Shown here: piece after piece, positions 36,301 to 48,547 of the stretch
How the letters are laid out: the number at the start of each line of letters is the position of its first letter
Position numbering within the stretch: the stretch's first letter is position 1
Assembly (NCBI GenBank): GCA_001179505.1
Contig: CDMY01000189.1
Span: 62,001 to 126,000, forward strand
Direction of reading: 5' to 3'
Source: Vitrella brassicaformis CCMP3155
Taxonomy: Eukaryota > Protista > Chromerida
Length of the DNA stretch: 64,000 bases
Position numbers and translations under genes: made by a program
The notes under the pieces: generated by a model
Database searches by the model: none
What the model was told of the DNA's origin: nothing
Seen by the model: the letters and a program-made list of their open reading frames with translations, nothing else

Positions 36301-37872
36301 NNNNNNNNNNNNNNNNNNNNNNNNNNNNNNNNNNNNNNNNNNNNNCCCCCCCCCCCACACACACACAAATGCGTCCGCACGACCCCCGGTGTCAATGCCG
36401 TGTGGCCGACTGGCCTGTGTTGGTTGCGATGGTGAGGAACTGCCCGTCTTTGCTCCACTGCAGGCCCGTCACCGCCACGGACGGCTGGGTCTGCTGCCCT
36501 TTGCCGCCGCCCTGCATGGCGGCCAGCTCCAGGCGCTCGTGTTTGATCTCACGCCAGTCCTTCATGCTCCACATCTTCACCACACCCTCACCTGGACACA
36601 CAGCGATATATGCGGCCACACCGACCACCGACCATTTCGGTGTGTGTGTGTGTGTGTACCTGCCGTGGCGGCTTTTTGCAGCGAGTGGTTGCAGCAGAGT
36701 TTGTCGAGGCTGTTGGCGCCTGTGTGTGCCCTGGTGGAGTGCAGCTCCTCCGACATTTCATTGGCGGCCTTGGTCGAAAGCACCACCACATAGCCGTGGC
36801 TGAACCCCACAAGCAGCATCGACTCACCGAACCACTCGTACCTACCAAACATACACACACACACACACGAGTGTGTGAGAGAGGGCAATGGCCTCACACC
36901 CACCGCCCGCCCCGCACCCCTTGATCGCGCCATATTTGGTCTGGAAGGCCAGCTCTAGCGGCCGCTCGACGTCGCTCAGGCTCAGCAGAAACAAAGACTG
37001 GCCAGACAGCACCAACGACACGCGCCCCTCCCCCGCCCCACCACCACCACCTCCATTGCCACCGAACTGCAGCGATGCCGGCTCGCCCTTAACGGACACC
37101 TGCTCGACATTCTGGCCCTCAGCCGTGCTGATGGTCACATACCGATCCTCCCCGGCCAGCGCCAGCAGGTCCGACGACTGGCTCCAGCACCCAGTAGTGA
37201 TGCGCTTCGAGTGCTTGCCCACGATGACCTCTTTCCGCCTGGTGCGCTTGTTGTAGAGCACCAGGGCGCCCTTGACCGTGCCCACGGCCAGCACCGGCGA
37301 GCGGCTCGCCCACCTGATGAAGGACACCTCCTTGCTGTGGGTCTCGAGCGTCTCCAGCCTGCCCCCGGCCGCCGTGTCAGACCACCAGAGGTGCACCACG
37401 GTGTCGCCTTTCTGCACGATGGCCAGCACCTCCCCCTCACAGTCCCAATCGAGCGCCAGCACGGGCGCGGTGCTGCTGGGGAGGGAGATCTCTCGAACTT
37501 GGGTGCCGTGGCGGTCGAATAGGAAGACTGCACGGCCGGAGGGGCCGGTGGTGGCGAGGAGGGGGCCAGAGGGCTGCCATGCGAAGAGGGCTGGGCCACT
37601 GCCGAGTAGCTGAGGGCCGACTGAAGGAAAGAAGGCACACACGCACACGCATACGAACCAATCCCGGACAGGCAGGGGAAAAATAGAAAGATGCACACCA
37701 TCCATACAGACATACTCATGGCTGCCTGCCTGCCTGTCTGAAATGAAATGAAATGTGTGGAGTCAGATACGTGTGTGTGTGGTCCATTCATTCCATTCAA
37801 TGCATGCCATCCATCCATGGATGGCTCCTGTCCTGCGTGTGTGGTGTGCTTACCGGAGAAGAGCTTCTTCAT
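30342..37872 (-). CDS. IFT144: Intraflagellar transport protein 144 (WD-repeat protein 19), IFT-A complex
   Basis: MKKLFS start, N-terminal WD40 exons (GKHSKRITTGCW, LALAGEDR, LELAFQTKYG), TPR-like region (KIGTPKLHAQYAKAKE, GAIEFLL) and C-terminal Cys clusters (CPTC, CPHC, CPMC). Confidence 0.93.
36046..36345. other. Assembly gap (300 N) in an IFT144 intron with duplicated flanks
   Basis: C-run plus ACACACACAAA on both sides. Confidence 0.9.
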
Positions 37873-38096
37873 CTCATCGGTCGGTCAACTCCAATCATTC
37901 CAACCCATCTGTCTACCTAACCTACCCACTCACACGGACGGCCACATGCGCCGCACCTCCTCCTCACTGCATCCATCTGCCGATACATACTAGCCACATC
38001 CCTGGCGTCCTACTAGGTAATGAATCGGTAAAGTTTGCCCTTCTGATGGCCGATGGATGATACAGATGAGAGGTTAGTTCGGAAGATCAGTCCCGC

Positions 38097-38173
38097 TCAC
38101 GAAAGGCAGAGGCCCACGTGACTCATCGATAATTTGGTTGGGGTCTAGGGTTCCGGTGGGGCTTTAGGGTTTA
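38097..38173. promoter_or_regulatory. Divergent IFT144/repeat-protein promoter with TCACGAAAGGCAG, GGCCCACGTG and TTTAGGGTTT
   Basis: Read directly from the sequence; the same motif set occurs upstream of psbO. Confidence 0.45.
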
Positions 38174-38343
38174 TCTGATTGGCTGGCGCCAGTGACCGAG
38201 AGGCTTGGGGACTACGTTCGTTCGTCCCACCCAGAGATCTGCACACCCCACGGACCTGCCTGCAACAGCGGATCCGTCAGCTCTTCCTTGCACCCTTCCT
38301 CACCCCCCCACTGCCCGCGCGGCGTGGCTTCATTCAGTTCAGA

Positions 38344-39706
38344 ATGATGCTGGTTCTATTCAGCCTCAGCTCCGCTTTGTCCGGGGCAGCCGCATTCAAT
38401 GCGGTTCCCTCTGAGACCGCCGCCTTTCTGCAGATGCCCTCGCCCTTTATCGCACTGGTCAGTGAGTGAGAGGGGAGAAGGGAGAGGGAGAGCTGCAGTG
38501 GAGGGAGGGGATCTCTGCAGAGATCTGGACGTGCACGTGATGGGGGGAGCTTTGGTGCCTGTTGTGGTTGTGATCTTTCGTGTGGTTGTGTGTGTGTGTG
38601 CAGCGGCCAAGGCCGGCAGCGGGCAACTTGCACATGATGATTGAGACCGCCGACGAGCTCAACAAGCGCCTTGCCGCCATGAAGAGGGGCAGCCCTGCGG
38701 TAAGGTTGCGCTTGGCGTCCATCCGCTAATCCACGAGTGTGTGGCTGGTCCTTGATTGGTCAGAGGCCGAGCTACAGTGCCCCGAGCAGCGGCAGCAGCT
38801 ACAGCCCTCCCCCCTCCTCGGCCCGCACCAGCAGCGGCTACCCCGTGACGCCAGGCGTCGAGACGGCCGATGATTTGAAGATGCGGCTGGCGGCTCTGAA
38901 GAAGAACCAGCCTTCACGACCGGTAGGTCGGTCGAGTCAGTCGATTCACCACACACAGATCTGATCTGCTCCGACAGAGAGAGAGAAACCACCTCCCTCT
39001 CTGGGCGTGTGTGTGTGTCTCGTCTGTGGTGTGCAGAATAGCTACTCAGGGTACTCAGCGCCGTCGAGCTACTCGGCGCCTGCGTCATCCAGCGCGCCGA
39101 GCTACAGCGCGCCGTCCACAGCGGCCAGCAGCGGCCGGACCTCCTCGGGCTACCCCGTGACGCCCGGCATCGAGACCGCTGACGACCTCAAGATGCGCCT
39201 CGCCGCACTCAAGAAGGGCCAGACTTCGGTAGGACACGGGCCCGCCCAACCATCCACTGGTATGTTGTTCCTTTCCTTCTTCTTTGATTGGTCAGAGGCC
39301 GAGCTACTCTGCCCCGAGCAGCAGCAGCAGCTACAGCGCCACCAGCTCCCCCGCCCGCACCAGCAGTGGGTACCCCGCCACGCCGGGCATCGAGAGGAAG
39401 GAGGACCTCGACGAGCGCATGAAGGCCATCCGAATGCGGCAACGAGTCAACCAAGTGGTATGCTCACCACCCACCCACCCACACACACACACATCACTTC
39501 CCACTGGGAGGGAGCCTGGTCTGTCTGTGGGTCTCTCTGTCTGTCAGGTGTCGGGCTCGCCAGCAACGGAGCCAACCAACTTGTTCCGTACCGCCCCCGG
39601 CGGCTCAGCGCCGCGGCCCAGCAGCGGGTACCCCGCGCAGCCTGGGATCGAGCATGCGGACGACTTGGCCAAGCGCCTGGCGGCTCTCAAGAGGAAGATC
39701 GGTTAG
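38344..39706 (+). CDS. Putatively plastid-targeted, intrinsically disordered repeat protein with five ETADDLxxRLAALK helices (candidate pyrenoid Rubisco linker)
   Basis: Six exons joined by phase-0 GT-AG introns: 38344-38457, 38604-38699, 38764-38922, 39037-39228, 39296-39457, 39548-39706. Presequence MMLVLFSLSSALSGAAA-F...LHM. Spacers rich in Ser, Pro, Ala and Tyr. Confidence 0.8.
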
Positions 39707-39966
39707 AAACAACGGTATGCACACGATCACCACGGCAGGCCGTGTGCGTGGATGGATGAGATGCCATGCGGTGGTATGCGATGGTGGTATGCTGTGGAGT
39801 GAGGGGAGTGAGTATGTGTGTGGGGGGCAGAGAGAGTATGTGTGTGTGTGGTGTGTGCGTGTCGTAAGTGTAGTGTGTGGTACGCCTGCCGGTACTCTGG
39901 CCTGTCCCTCATCTGTCTGTGTCTGTCTGTCTGTCTGTCTGCGGTGTGTGGTGATGTGATCTTCAG

Positions 39967-40310
39967 AAGAGAAGGAGCGTCGCGGGCTGACCTACATCCG
40001 CTCTGGTGCTCCGTCGCTGTCCTCCTTTCCTGCCCTTGTCTCGCGAGTGTGGTGGTCCATCGTGCGGTGGCTGCGGTGGGTGCTGTCCCTTCCACAACGA
40101 GTGCTCTCTATCCCAAGACGCGTACTGTCCCGGGTGCTGTCATGGCCCTCATCATCATCAAGACCATCACCAAGACAACAACCAACACAAACACCAACAC
40201 CAAGACAACCATCACGATCGCCATCACGATCGCCACTCTCGCCATCTCCTTCTCCGTCTGCATCCTTTTCATCTAGACCACGACCAGCGTCTGCTGCATC
40301 TGCATGGTAG
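39967..40310 (+). CDS. Probable exon (EEKERRGLTYIRSG..VWWSIVRWLRWVLS..); possibly the final exon of the upstream repeat protein
   Basis: Preceded by a typical (GT)n/(CTGT)n tract and CAG acceptor. The phase-1 junction is compatible with a GT at 39702. TAG at 40308-40310. Confidence 0.45.
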
Positions 40311-41930
40311 GGGCGTGTGTGTGTGTGTGTGGGTGGGGGGGGAGGGGAGGGGAGAGGGGCTGGGCATTCTATTCTTTATCCATCGCATATGCCGTTGCTG
40401 CCGTACCGTACATGTGTGAGCGATGCGTCCGTGCCCACATCACTGAGTCGTTGTGATGACCTGCCTTCATGACCTGACGTGCCTTGCCTTGCCTTGCTTC
40501 CTTCCCTGATCGTCTCTCGGCTGTCTGTCTGTCTGTCTGTCCATGCCATGTGTCGCTTGTACGGCTGTCCGTCCGTCGTGAGAGGTGACTGATATTATGA
40601 GTGAGGCCCGCTCAGTACAGATGTACGTGGGCGGTGCCCACACTGTCTGCTTCCATGGACAGACACCAACGAACGAGGCGCGAAGGCCTGCCTGCCTGCA
40701 ATGGGAGGGAGGGAGGGAGGGGGCATGGCGTAAGAGAAACACGTGTGTGGTCCGCGGCCGCACCTCCGCCGCCCCTTCGCCCTCTCAGGCAGCCAGGCAG
40801 GCAGAGAGACGACTTTTTGATCGGTGATCGATGCGCGCACACGCTTACAGAGGCTGGCTGGGTGCCAACTTTTTCTCTGACACACACACACTCGCACTGT
40901 CATTCATTTCTCCCGCCCGTAACATCTCTTTCTCTCTCACAGCACACTACATCACCCTACACGCTTCAAGGTTGGTTGTCTGGTTGTCAAAGGCTTGTTG
41001 AGTGGCGAGGCCTCGGCGTCCCAATCCAATTTTTTTCCGCGTCTGTGAGAGCAAGTGGCCTGCCTTCCTCCCACCCTCTCCCTCCCTCCCTCCCTCCCTC
41101 CCTCCCTCGGTGTGCGTGTGTATAGAGCGGCTGGATGGATGGATGGATGGACGGCTGCGGGAGCTACCTACCTACCTAGTTGAGTTGAGCGATGGATGCG
41201 TGTGTTGTGTTGTGTGCGCCCGGTCGGTGTGGGTGCGTGTCTTGTCTTGAGTGTGGCTTTCTCTTTCAGTCATGGCAGGCCTCACGGTGTGGTGTCAATC
41301 CATCTACCTGAGTCGAGTCGGTCAGCATTTTGAAATGCCTCCCTCCCTACCCCTCCCTACCTCCCTCTCTCTGTCTCTCTCTCTCTCTCCCTGACTTCCT
41401 CTTCCTCTCTCGTGTTGCGTGACGTGAAAGATGGTCGGTCGATCGGTGAATCAATCAGCTGCTGAGTGGTTTTTCAGACACCCTCCATGGCTGGCTGGCT
41501 GGCTGGCTGCTTGGCGTGATGTGTGGTGGCCCTGTGGTGCCTGCGTGATGGATGACCTACCTACCTGGTGTTGGTGTGGTGTGACTCCTTTTCTCTACAT
41601 CAATGCATTTCTTGCATGTCAGACAGACGTCGATTCTCTGCAGCACCACACCACTGACTGGGTCGTACGCGACGGCCATCCCATCACGGCAAAGTCTCTG
41701 TCAAGATGCATCGAGACAGTGGGACGAAAGCTGTCTACAAGAGCTGCGATACCAACACGTCTGTCTAAGGGCACGGAAAAAGCACACGGCCATCTATCAG
41801 TCCGGCCATCCATCAGGAGCGATAGACTGCCTGGCAGTATTGGGAGGCTAATTCATGGCATGAGTGACCGACCACTCCCTCAACTGCCAGGACACGCCAT
41901 CAGTCAGCCCAGCCAGGTAGCTATATACTA

Positions 41931-42816
41931 TCAGAAGTCGTCGTCGTCTTCGGCAAAGTCTCGGTCCCGTTTCCACTGAAGCGTAAGGAACAAGAGCAAA
42001 CAGCCAGCCGGATCGGACCCCCTCTCCCGCTGCGCATCCATCGAGCCGCATCCCTCGTTCACTGGTACCTACCTTGACGCCTGACGTGTTCTTCTGAGTG
42101 GTCTCCTGCACCTTCTGAGCCAGGGAGGGAGGGAGGGAGGGGTTGTGCTCTGCTGTGCTGTGTTCCCGCAGTGTCGTTGCTGGCTGACCTCTAGGAGACC
42201 GATGAGCGCATCCTCGCTGACCTTGCCCGCTAAACGGCCGGACTGGGCCATCTGCACACACACACACACACACACACACACCACAGTGTGAGTGTCTGGG
42301 TGTCTTGATTATTCACTTACCGAGAGTATTGTGTTCTCAACCTGCCTGGCCTTGTCAGGCTTCACTAACGCTATCCTGTTCACTGCAAAGCACCATGGCG
42401 ACACAGGCACACACACACGCAGGCAGTGAGGCGTGTGTGGATGCACGCGTACGTCGTTCTGCTGCGTCAGGTTCGAGCACCGCCCTCAGAATCACTCGCC
42501 GCCGCTCCTCGGCCTCCCTGCGAGCAACATATGATGTCACGCATCCATCCATCTCTACGTCTTGACCTATCCGCCTACTCCCTCTGCTGCTGCTGCTGCT
42601 GCTGCTGCTGGTGGTCAGCCCTCTGCAAGCATGATACAGACAAAACCACAACCACAACCGACACAGATGACCCATCTCTTGTAGAGCATTTGAAAGTCTG
42701 TCTGTCTGTCTGTCTGTCTGTCCTGCACTCACTGCTTCCCTGACCTGTTGTTGGTGCTGCATCTGCTGCATCTGCGCCAGCCGCTGCTTCCGGATGGTGT
42801 CCACCTCATCACCCAT
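41931..42816 (-). CDS. PDCD5: Programmed cell death protein 5 / dsDNA-binding protein
   Basis: MGDEVDTIRKQRLAQM, EAEERRRVILRAVLEPDAAER|LSRIALVKPDKARQVE, KVSEDALIGLLE, and acidic end RDRDFAEDDDDF*. Confidence 0.92.
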
Positions 42817-42920
42817 CCCGACAGACGAAAGTGATGATATACTCAAGGCAAGGCACACTCAACTCCAAGAAGCAACAAACAGACAGGGGGACAGTTCATG
42901 GGAGGAAGATTTGAGCTCGC

Positions 42921-45421
42921 ATGGGTCGCTTCTCCAACGCATTCATGGAGTCGGCTTCACCAGGCATCCGGAAGCGAAGACGGAGGTCTGATCATGCAGA
43001 TGAGCAATCAGAGGAGGGCTTTGAGAGGGCGCCGCGCGTTCAGAAGAAGTGGCTGGAGGAGGAACGCCGCCTCACACGACTGCCGCTCAAGCAAGAGGAC
43101 GGCATCGCTGCCGCAGCAAAGGAGCCAAGTGCCGATCACGACATTGACAAAGACAATGAGTCATCACCTCTGTCGAAGAAGCAGCAGAAGCGGCTGGAGC
43201 GGCTGCGCAAGGAGGCTGAGGAGGCGATGGCGAGGAAGGCCAAAGCGAAGAGCGCCCAGCAAGCGGCTGACAAGAAGGACGACATAGACGTCTTGGTCAA
43301 CAAGCTGCAGACCGCAGAGCAAAAGAAGCTGGAGATAGCGAGGGTCAGCAATGCCATTCTGGCGAGCCCTGAGAAGGAGCTGCCGCGGCTGGAGGTGCTC
43401 TTCCGCCTGTTTCATCGCGAGAAGGTGCCGGCTTTGAAGCAGGTGGCTCTCGTGTCGATTGGCCTGGTGCTCAAGGACATCCTGCCAGCCTATCGGGTGC
43501 AGATGAGAGGCGAGGAGAATGACAGCAAGCCGGGCCACCAGGCCTTGTCGCGAGCGGTGGAGAAGCTGCAGACACACGAGAAGACGATGGTCAGGTTCTC
43601 GCAGCAGTTCATCGACATACTGCGGCACTCGCCCCCTCCGCCCAGAACCGCCGCCTCCCTGGTGAGCGAGCTGCTCACCGCCAACCCTTCCTTCAACTGG
43701 ACCGATGACCTTATCGACCTGTGCGTCAAGTACGCAGGCAAGCCCGACCCGCCCGTGCAGCTGCCGGCCATCGATGCCCTCAGTTGGGTGATGCAGCATG
43801 ACCCCTCTCTGGACCTCACGGCGTCGATCGTCAAGGCCATGGGGCGGCTGGCCAAGGTGGGCATGAGCAGCAGCACTGGCGGCAAGAGGTCTGGGCTGTC
43901 CAAGGCGCTGCTGGACGCGATAGCAAGGCTTGATTTGCGGAGGAAGCAGATGGCGGCTGAGAGGGAGAGCCACGCTGTGGGGGCTGACGATGAGGGCATC
44001 GACGAGGACCTCAGGAGAGACCTGATGATCGGGTGAGTGAGATGCTGACACGAGCTGGCATATGGTGCGATCGATGTTGTTGTACCCGTGCAGGTCGGTG
44101 CACGGTGACCTGAAGCGTTTCAGGAAGAACGAGGCCCTGGTGCTGGAGCAGCTGTTCGTCCTCTATCTGCGGGTGCTGCGGTCGCCCCACATGTATCCCG
44201 ATGAGGTGGTGAGCGGCTGTCTGAGGGGCCTGGGGTGCCACTCCCACTTCATCAACGTCGAGCTCATGAACGAGATATTCACTGAGCTCAAGAGGCTGAT
44301 CTCAGAGGGGGAGGGCGCCACGGCGAGTGCAGAGGTCGGCCTGAGGGCCGTTGCCGCAGCGTTGCTGTTGCTGCAGGGGGTGGGAGCCGCCATTCAGGTG
44401 ATTGATCAATGAATCAACTAGCAGGCAGACAACAAGGCAGACAATGTTTGTTATCTACCCACTGCACTGAGCTCATTCTGTGTTGTTCGAACGTGCCCTC
44501 CCTCCTGTGTGTGGCAGATAGAGGTGTCGTGGGTTGTGGATGGCTTCTGCCGGATTCTCCGGCTGGCCCTTCCACACCTGTCCACTCCATCCTACGACCC
44601 CATCAGCACACCCCCCAACGCCCCAGCATCCTTCCTGGCAGCCGCCCCCTTGCACCAAGAGGACGAGACACTGACGGCCGATCCAGACGCCCCGGCCGTG
44701 TTTGCCGTCAGCACGTCTCTCGGTCGCGAGCTGATTGAGTCGATCGACCTGATGGTGCGGTGTCCGCAGATAGTGGGAGGGGGCGGCATGGGCACCGGCG
44801 GCACGTCCATGTCGCTTCTGCGTGTGGTGGAGGGCATCATGGATGTGGCACTGCACTGCGACAGTGCCGTCAGCGCGGGGCTGTGCGAGCGGGTCAAGTT
44901 GATGCTTCTCAAGATGCCCCGACTCAAGTCGATGGTCGACCCGGACGGAGCCGTCATCTCCAGGTGAGAAAATGACCACACACATGGCCTGCAATCCTCG
45001 ACGGTATACCAATCATGTGTGTCTGTCTGCCAAACCATGCAGCTTGTCGGGCGGTGTCTCGGTGTACTGGCATCTGCAGGCCCTGCTGGTGCACGGCCAC
45101 CCGTCCGTCAGGCGCGCTGCAGCCGACCTCCTCACTCTCAGCAGCGAGGCGGACATCCGGGAGGCGGCCAAAGAGGCGGTGGCGCGGACAGCCACACGGA
45201 GCTGGTCGAAGAGTGACGGCGATGCGCTGATGGTGGACATGCAGGACTTGGTGCTGTGTGAGGAGGAAAAGGTGCTGACAAGGACCATGGGCATGGCTGC
45301 GGTGCCTCGAGCGTTGGCGGGTGGTGTCGTGGGTAGTGGGAGGAGAGGGGGTGGGGTTGCGAAGCGGCTGCTGGCTGTGGAGCCTCCTGAGTGGGATGGA
45401 GACCTGACGACAGACACATGA
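42921..45421 (+). CDS. NOC3: Nucleolar complex-associated protein 3 (CBF/Mak21 family)
   Basis: RLPLK, KLEIARVSNAILASPE, VLKDILPAYR, ELLTANPSFNW, LEQLFVLYLRVL, GL..HSHFINVE. Confidence 0.9.
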
Positions 45422-46525
45422 CTTTGGATGGGTTGGATAAGGCGATGTAGTTGACGGACGGACGGACGTGGGACGGACCATGGGGTGTCGTGTGCAACCA
45501 ACGCAAGACGGCGCAATCAATAGGGCGTCCTTCTGACAACTGCATATGCAAATGTCAGAAGGACCGGTCCGGTGATGCGATACAGCTCACAGTCACACGC
45601 ACACGCACACTCACACCCACACCCGATGACATGGCCCGCCTGGCCTGTTCCGCGATTCGCGAGTTCCTCCTCCACTGACTGAGGCGTGCGTGTTGCATGC
45701 GTCGATTGGACCATCGCGTTGATTGAATGGATGTTGCGTGCGTCAAGCTGCATGCGTGAGATGACACATTCATCAACACTCATGTCCGTTGTCAGCGACC
45801 TGGTCACCTTGCGTCAGCACACACACACGCAACGCTCAAAACGCACGATCAACCCGAAAGACACACTCACACTCATGTCTGTGCGCCTCATCGACACTCC
45901 ATCAGGCAGTCAGAATGTGTTCGACTCAGTCCATCCAGCCGCAGAAACACAGATTCGACACACCGCACCTGCAGCACACGCATCTCGAGTGTCCACTGAC
46001 TGATGGAGGGACAATGAGTCAGAGGAAGCCCATCCCTATCTCATGCAGGCGGTAGTCGATGTCTGACGGGCACCATTGCCTCTTGATTCGCCGAAGAACG
46101 ATGGACTTGAGCTCGTTGATGTCCACAGGAGGGCCAGGGATGTCCCTCGGTGTCGTCAGCGTGAGAATCACATCTTGGTGCGGGAAGAAGTTGATCAGAC
46201 GAACGATCTTGGCGGCATTTGTTTTGGCGGACTGGACAGATGAGCTGCCGCTTGTTTCAGCCCTCAGAGGCAGATCTGAGCGGAAGAGGCTCTTCACCTG
46301 CCAAGTCAGCCCAGTAAGCTCTTCAGATGCCTCGGCGAAGCTCGCAGGTGTTCCGAGCAGGTTTCCCCACCGCAAAGGCCGCTGGTATTTCGGACATGGT
46401 GTGGCTGACCTAGAAATTTCCGGCCAGGACCCCTCCCCAGTTGATCTTTTACCCTTAACCACCACCAGTTTTTTTCTTCCCGCCGAGTGAGCACATCGTC
46501 TGCGACGTTTGCTGAGCCGTTGGCG

Positions 46526-47818
46526 ATGATGGTGACGCAGCGTTTCGGCCTCATGGGTCTCATCCTGGTGGTCTGGCTGGCCGCTGTGCAGCCTCTCATG
46601 GCGGCCAAGCGCACCGATGACCGAGGTAAGCACAGGGAGGACACACACACACCAAACGGACCATAAATCGTGGCAGATCTGTCCATGGATCGTTGCATCT
46701 GCTTTGTGTGCCGCAGGCGGGGAGGTGTGGACGGCCCAACGCGACGTAGAGGGCACCAAAGGCCTCGCCAACAACACTGGTGGGTGGGTGCGAATCTGAC
46801 GCACACAATGCATGGATGACATCTACGCGTTTGGTGCGTGAATGTGTGTGCAGGTGATTTGTCGTTGGTTCAGCTGCAGCTGGCCAGCGCTAAGGGCATG
46901 ATGCACTCGCCATTGCCCTGCACGAGTCCAACATGGCCACAGGCGAGGCCGCCATCGAGGCCATCAACAGGATAGAGCACATCATCGGCAACACACCTCG
47001 GTATGTAGCTAGAAGCACTCTCCCACGCTTCCTGCTGGCCTGTGCGGTCATCGAATGACAGAGAGAACAGCTGGCCAGTGGACGCATTCATAGACACACA
47101 CACGGGCGGGACAGACAAATGCCCTGAAGACAATTCCTTGTGCGCTTCTCTTGCCTGTTTGCCTGCAGGTCCAAAATAGAAGAGCGTGCGACGGCGCGTA
47201 AGCAAGGGAGACGTGCAATAGACGGATGGATGTCTGCCTTTGTCCATGTCAGGGGGCAATAAGTGCTACGTGAAAGCAGACTCGACACCCACCGCGATTA
47301 AGTATCAAGAGGGGAAATTGGCGCCACACCCCATTTATAAGGGTGACTTCATCACCCGGTGGTCGGGGCCCATAACCACCGGCAAGTTTCCCGAGGAAGG
47401 CGTCAAGAAGTGCTCTCCCTCTGACCTTTACGACTGCTGTGTTTACGAAGTGGGTACGAGCATGACGTCGGCAGCTTACGTGCCTATTTATTACTCATAC
47501 TTACCAATTGCTGCGTGCAGACAAGTTCAAGCCGTGGGTGTTCGGCAGTCTCCACATACTTACCAAGTCTGGCCACTCGAAATTCGGCTACGAGGTAGGG
47601 AGTCGAGTGTCCTTGACAGCGAGCAATGCCTTTCACACACAGCAAGCGGTCATGTGCAGGTGACGGACGCCAACAACGTCATCTTCGGCAAGAGGGGCTG
47701 GGACATTAGCGGCAAATACTGCGAGGTGGACTTGGAGGGGAAGAAGTTCAAGGTGTGGTACAAATGTAACCACGGCACGGCTGGGCCTGCTAAACAGACA
47801 CATTGGAGTGTTGTGTGA
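46526..47818 (+). CDS. Unknown secreted Cys-containing protein; exon structure unresolved near 46895
   Basis: Signal peptide MMVTQRFGLMGLILVVWLAAVQPLMA, followed by GT-AG-bounded exons (GGEVWTAQRD.., VQIEERATA, GNKCYVKADS..CCVYE, VTDANNVIFG..). Confidence 0.5.
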
Positions 47819-47849
47819 CTGGGTGCTCTGTGCGCGTGTGCGAGTGTCT

Positions 47850-47883
<34 letters not shown>

Positions 47884-48547
47884 GCCCGCCTGCATAAGCA
47901 TACCCACACCCACATTACACAGACACACATCACGTCGATCCATCCCTCCATCCTTGGCGGTACGTGTGTGTGTTGTGTGTTGTGTGTGTGTGTGTGTGTG
48001 ATATGGTGTGGTGCCATTGGTGTGCCGCTATCTCCCTCTCTTTCTGTCTGTCTGTCTGTCTGTCTGCCCCTCGTGTGAAGACAGGACAGGCAGCACAGAC
48101 AACACAGATAGTCGTAGACGCATCCACGGGATGGCTCACACCACACAACTCATCTCGGCAGTTTTTGAACCACCGACCACGTGGGTCATGCATAAGGGTA
48201 GGTAACAACACACACACACACACAGACGCCACACGGGGTGCTCGCCATTGGTTGGCTTTTGAGATGGAATGGACGCGTGTGCTTTGGGCTTTTTTTTATC
48301 GCCCGTCTGTCTGTCTGTGTGCCGTTTGCATATGCATGATGGACAGATGCGGTGTGGACCTTTCGTTTCCTTTGTCTTTTGATTTCATTCAGGCGCTCCA
48401 CACGGACATTGTCGGTGACACACTTAACGTCCACGACCACAGCTGTGGTCTAGCCACCTTCCTCAACACACGACGCGACACAATCAATGTCCAGACTGTC
48501 CAGACGTCTCTTATTCACACACCATACCAACATACTCATTCACTCAC

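Noticed and set aside
40006-40419. Cys/His-rich metallothionein-like reading (CGGCGGCC..HHHQDHH)
   Set aside because: It has no real ATG and is an alternative frame of a low-complexity segment; another frame fits the splice acceptor better.
41590-41830. Repeat-free stretch that might be an isolated exon
   Set aside because: No recognisable product and no linkable neighbouring exons.
43164-44051. 295-aa antisense ORF over NOC3, and similar long shadow ORFs (e.g. 16799-17608, 33053-34251)
   Set aside because: Expected from GC-rich codon usage on the opposite strand; no recognisable motifs.
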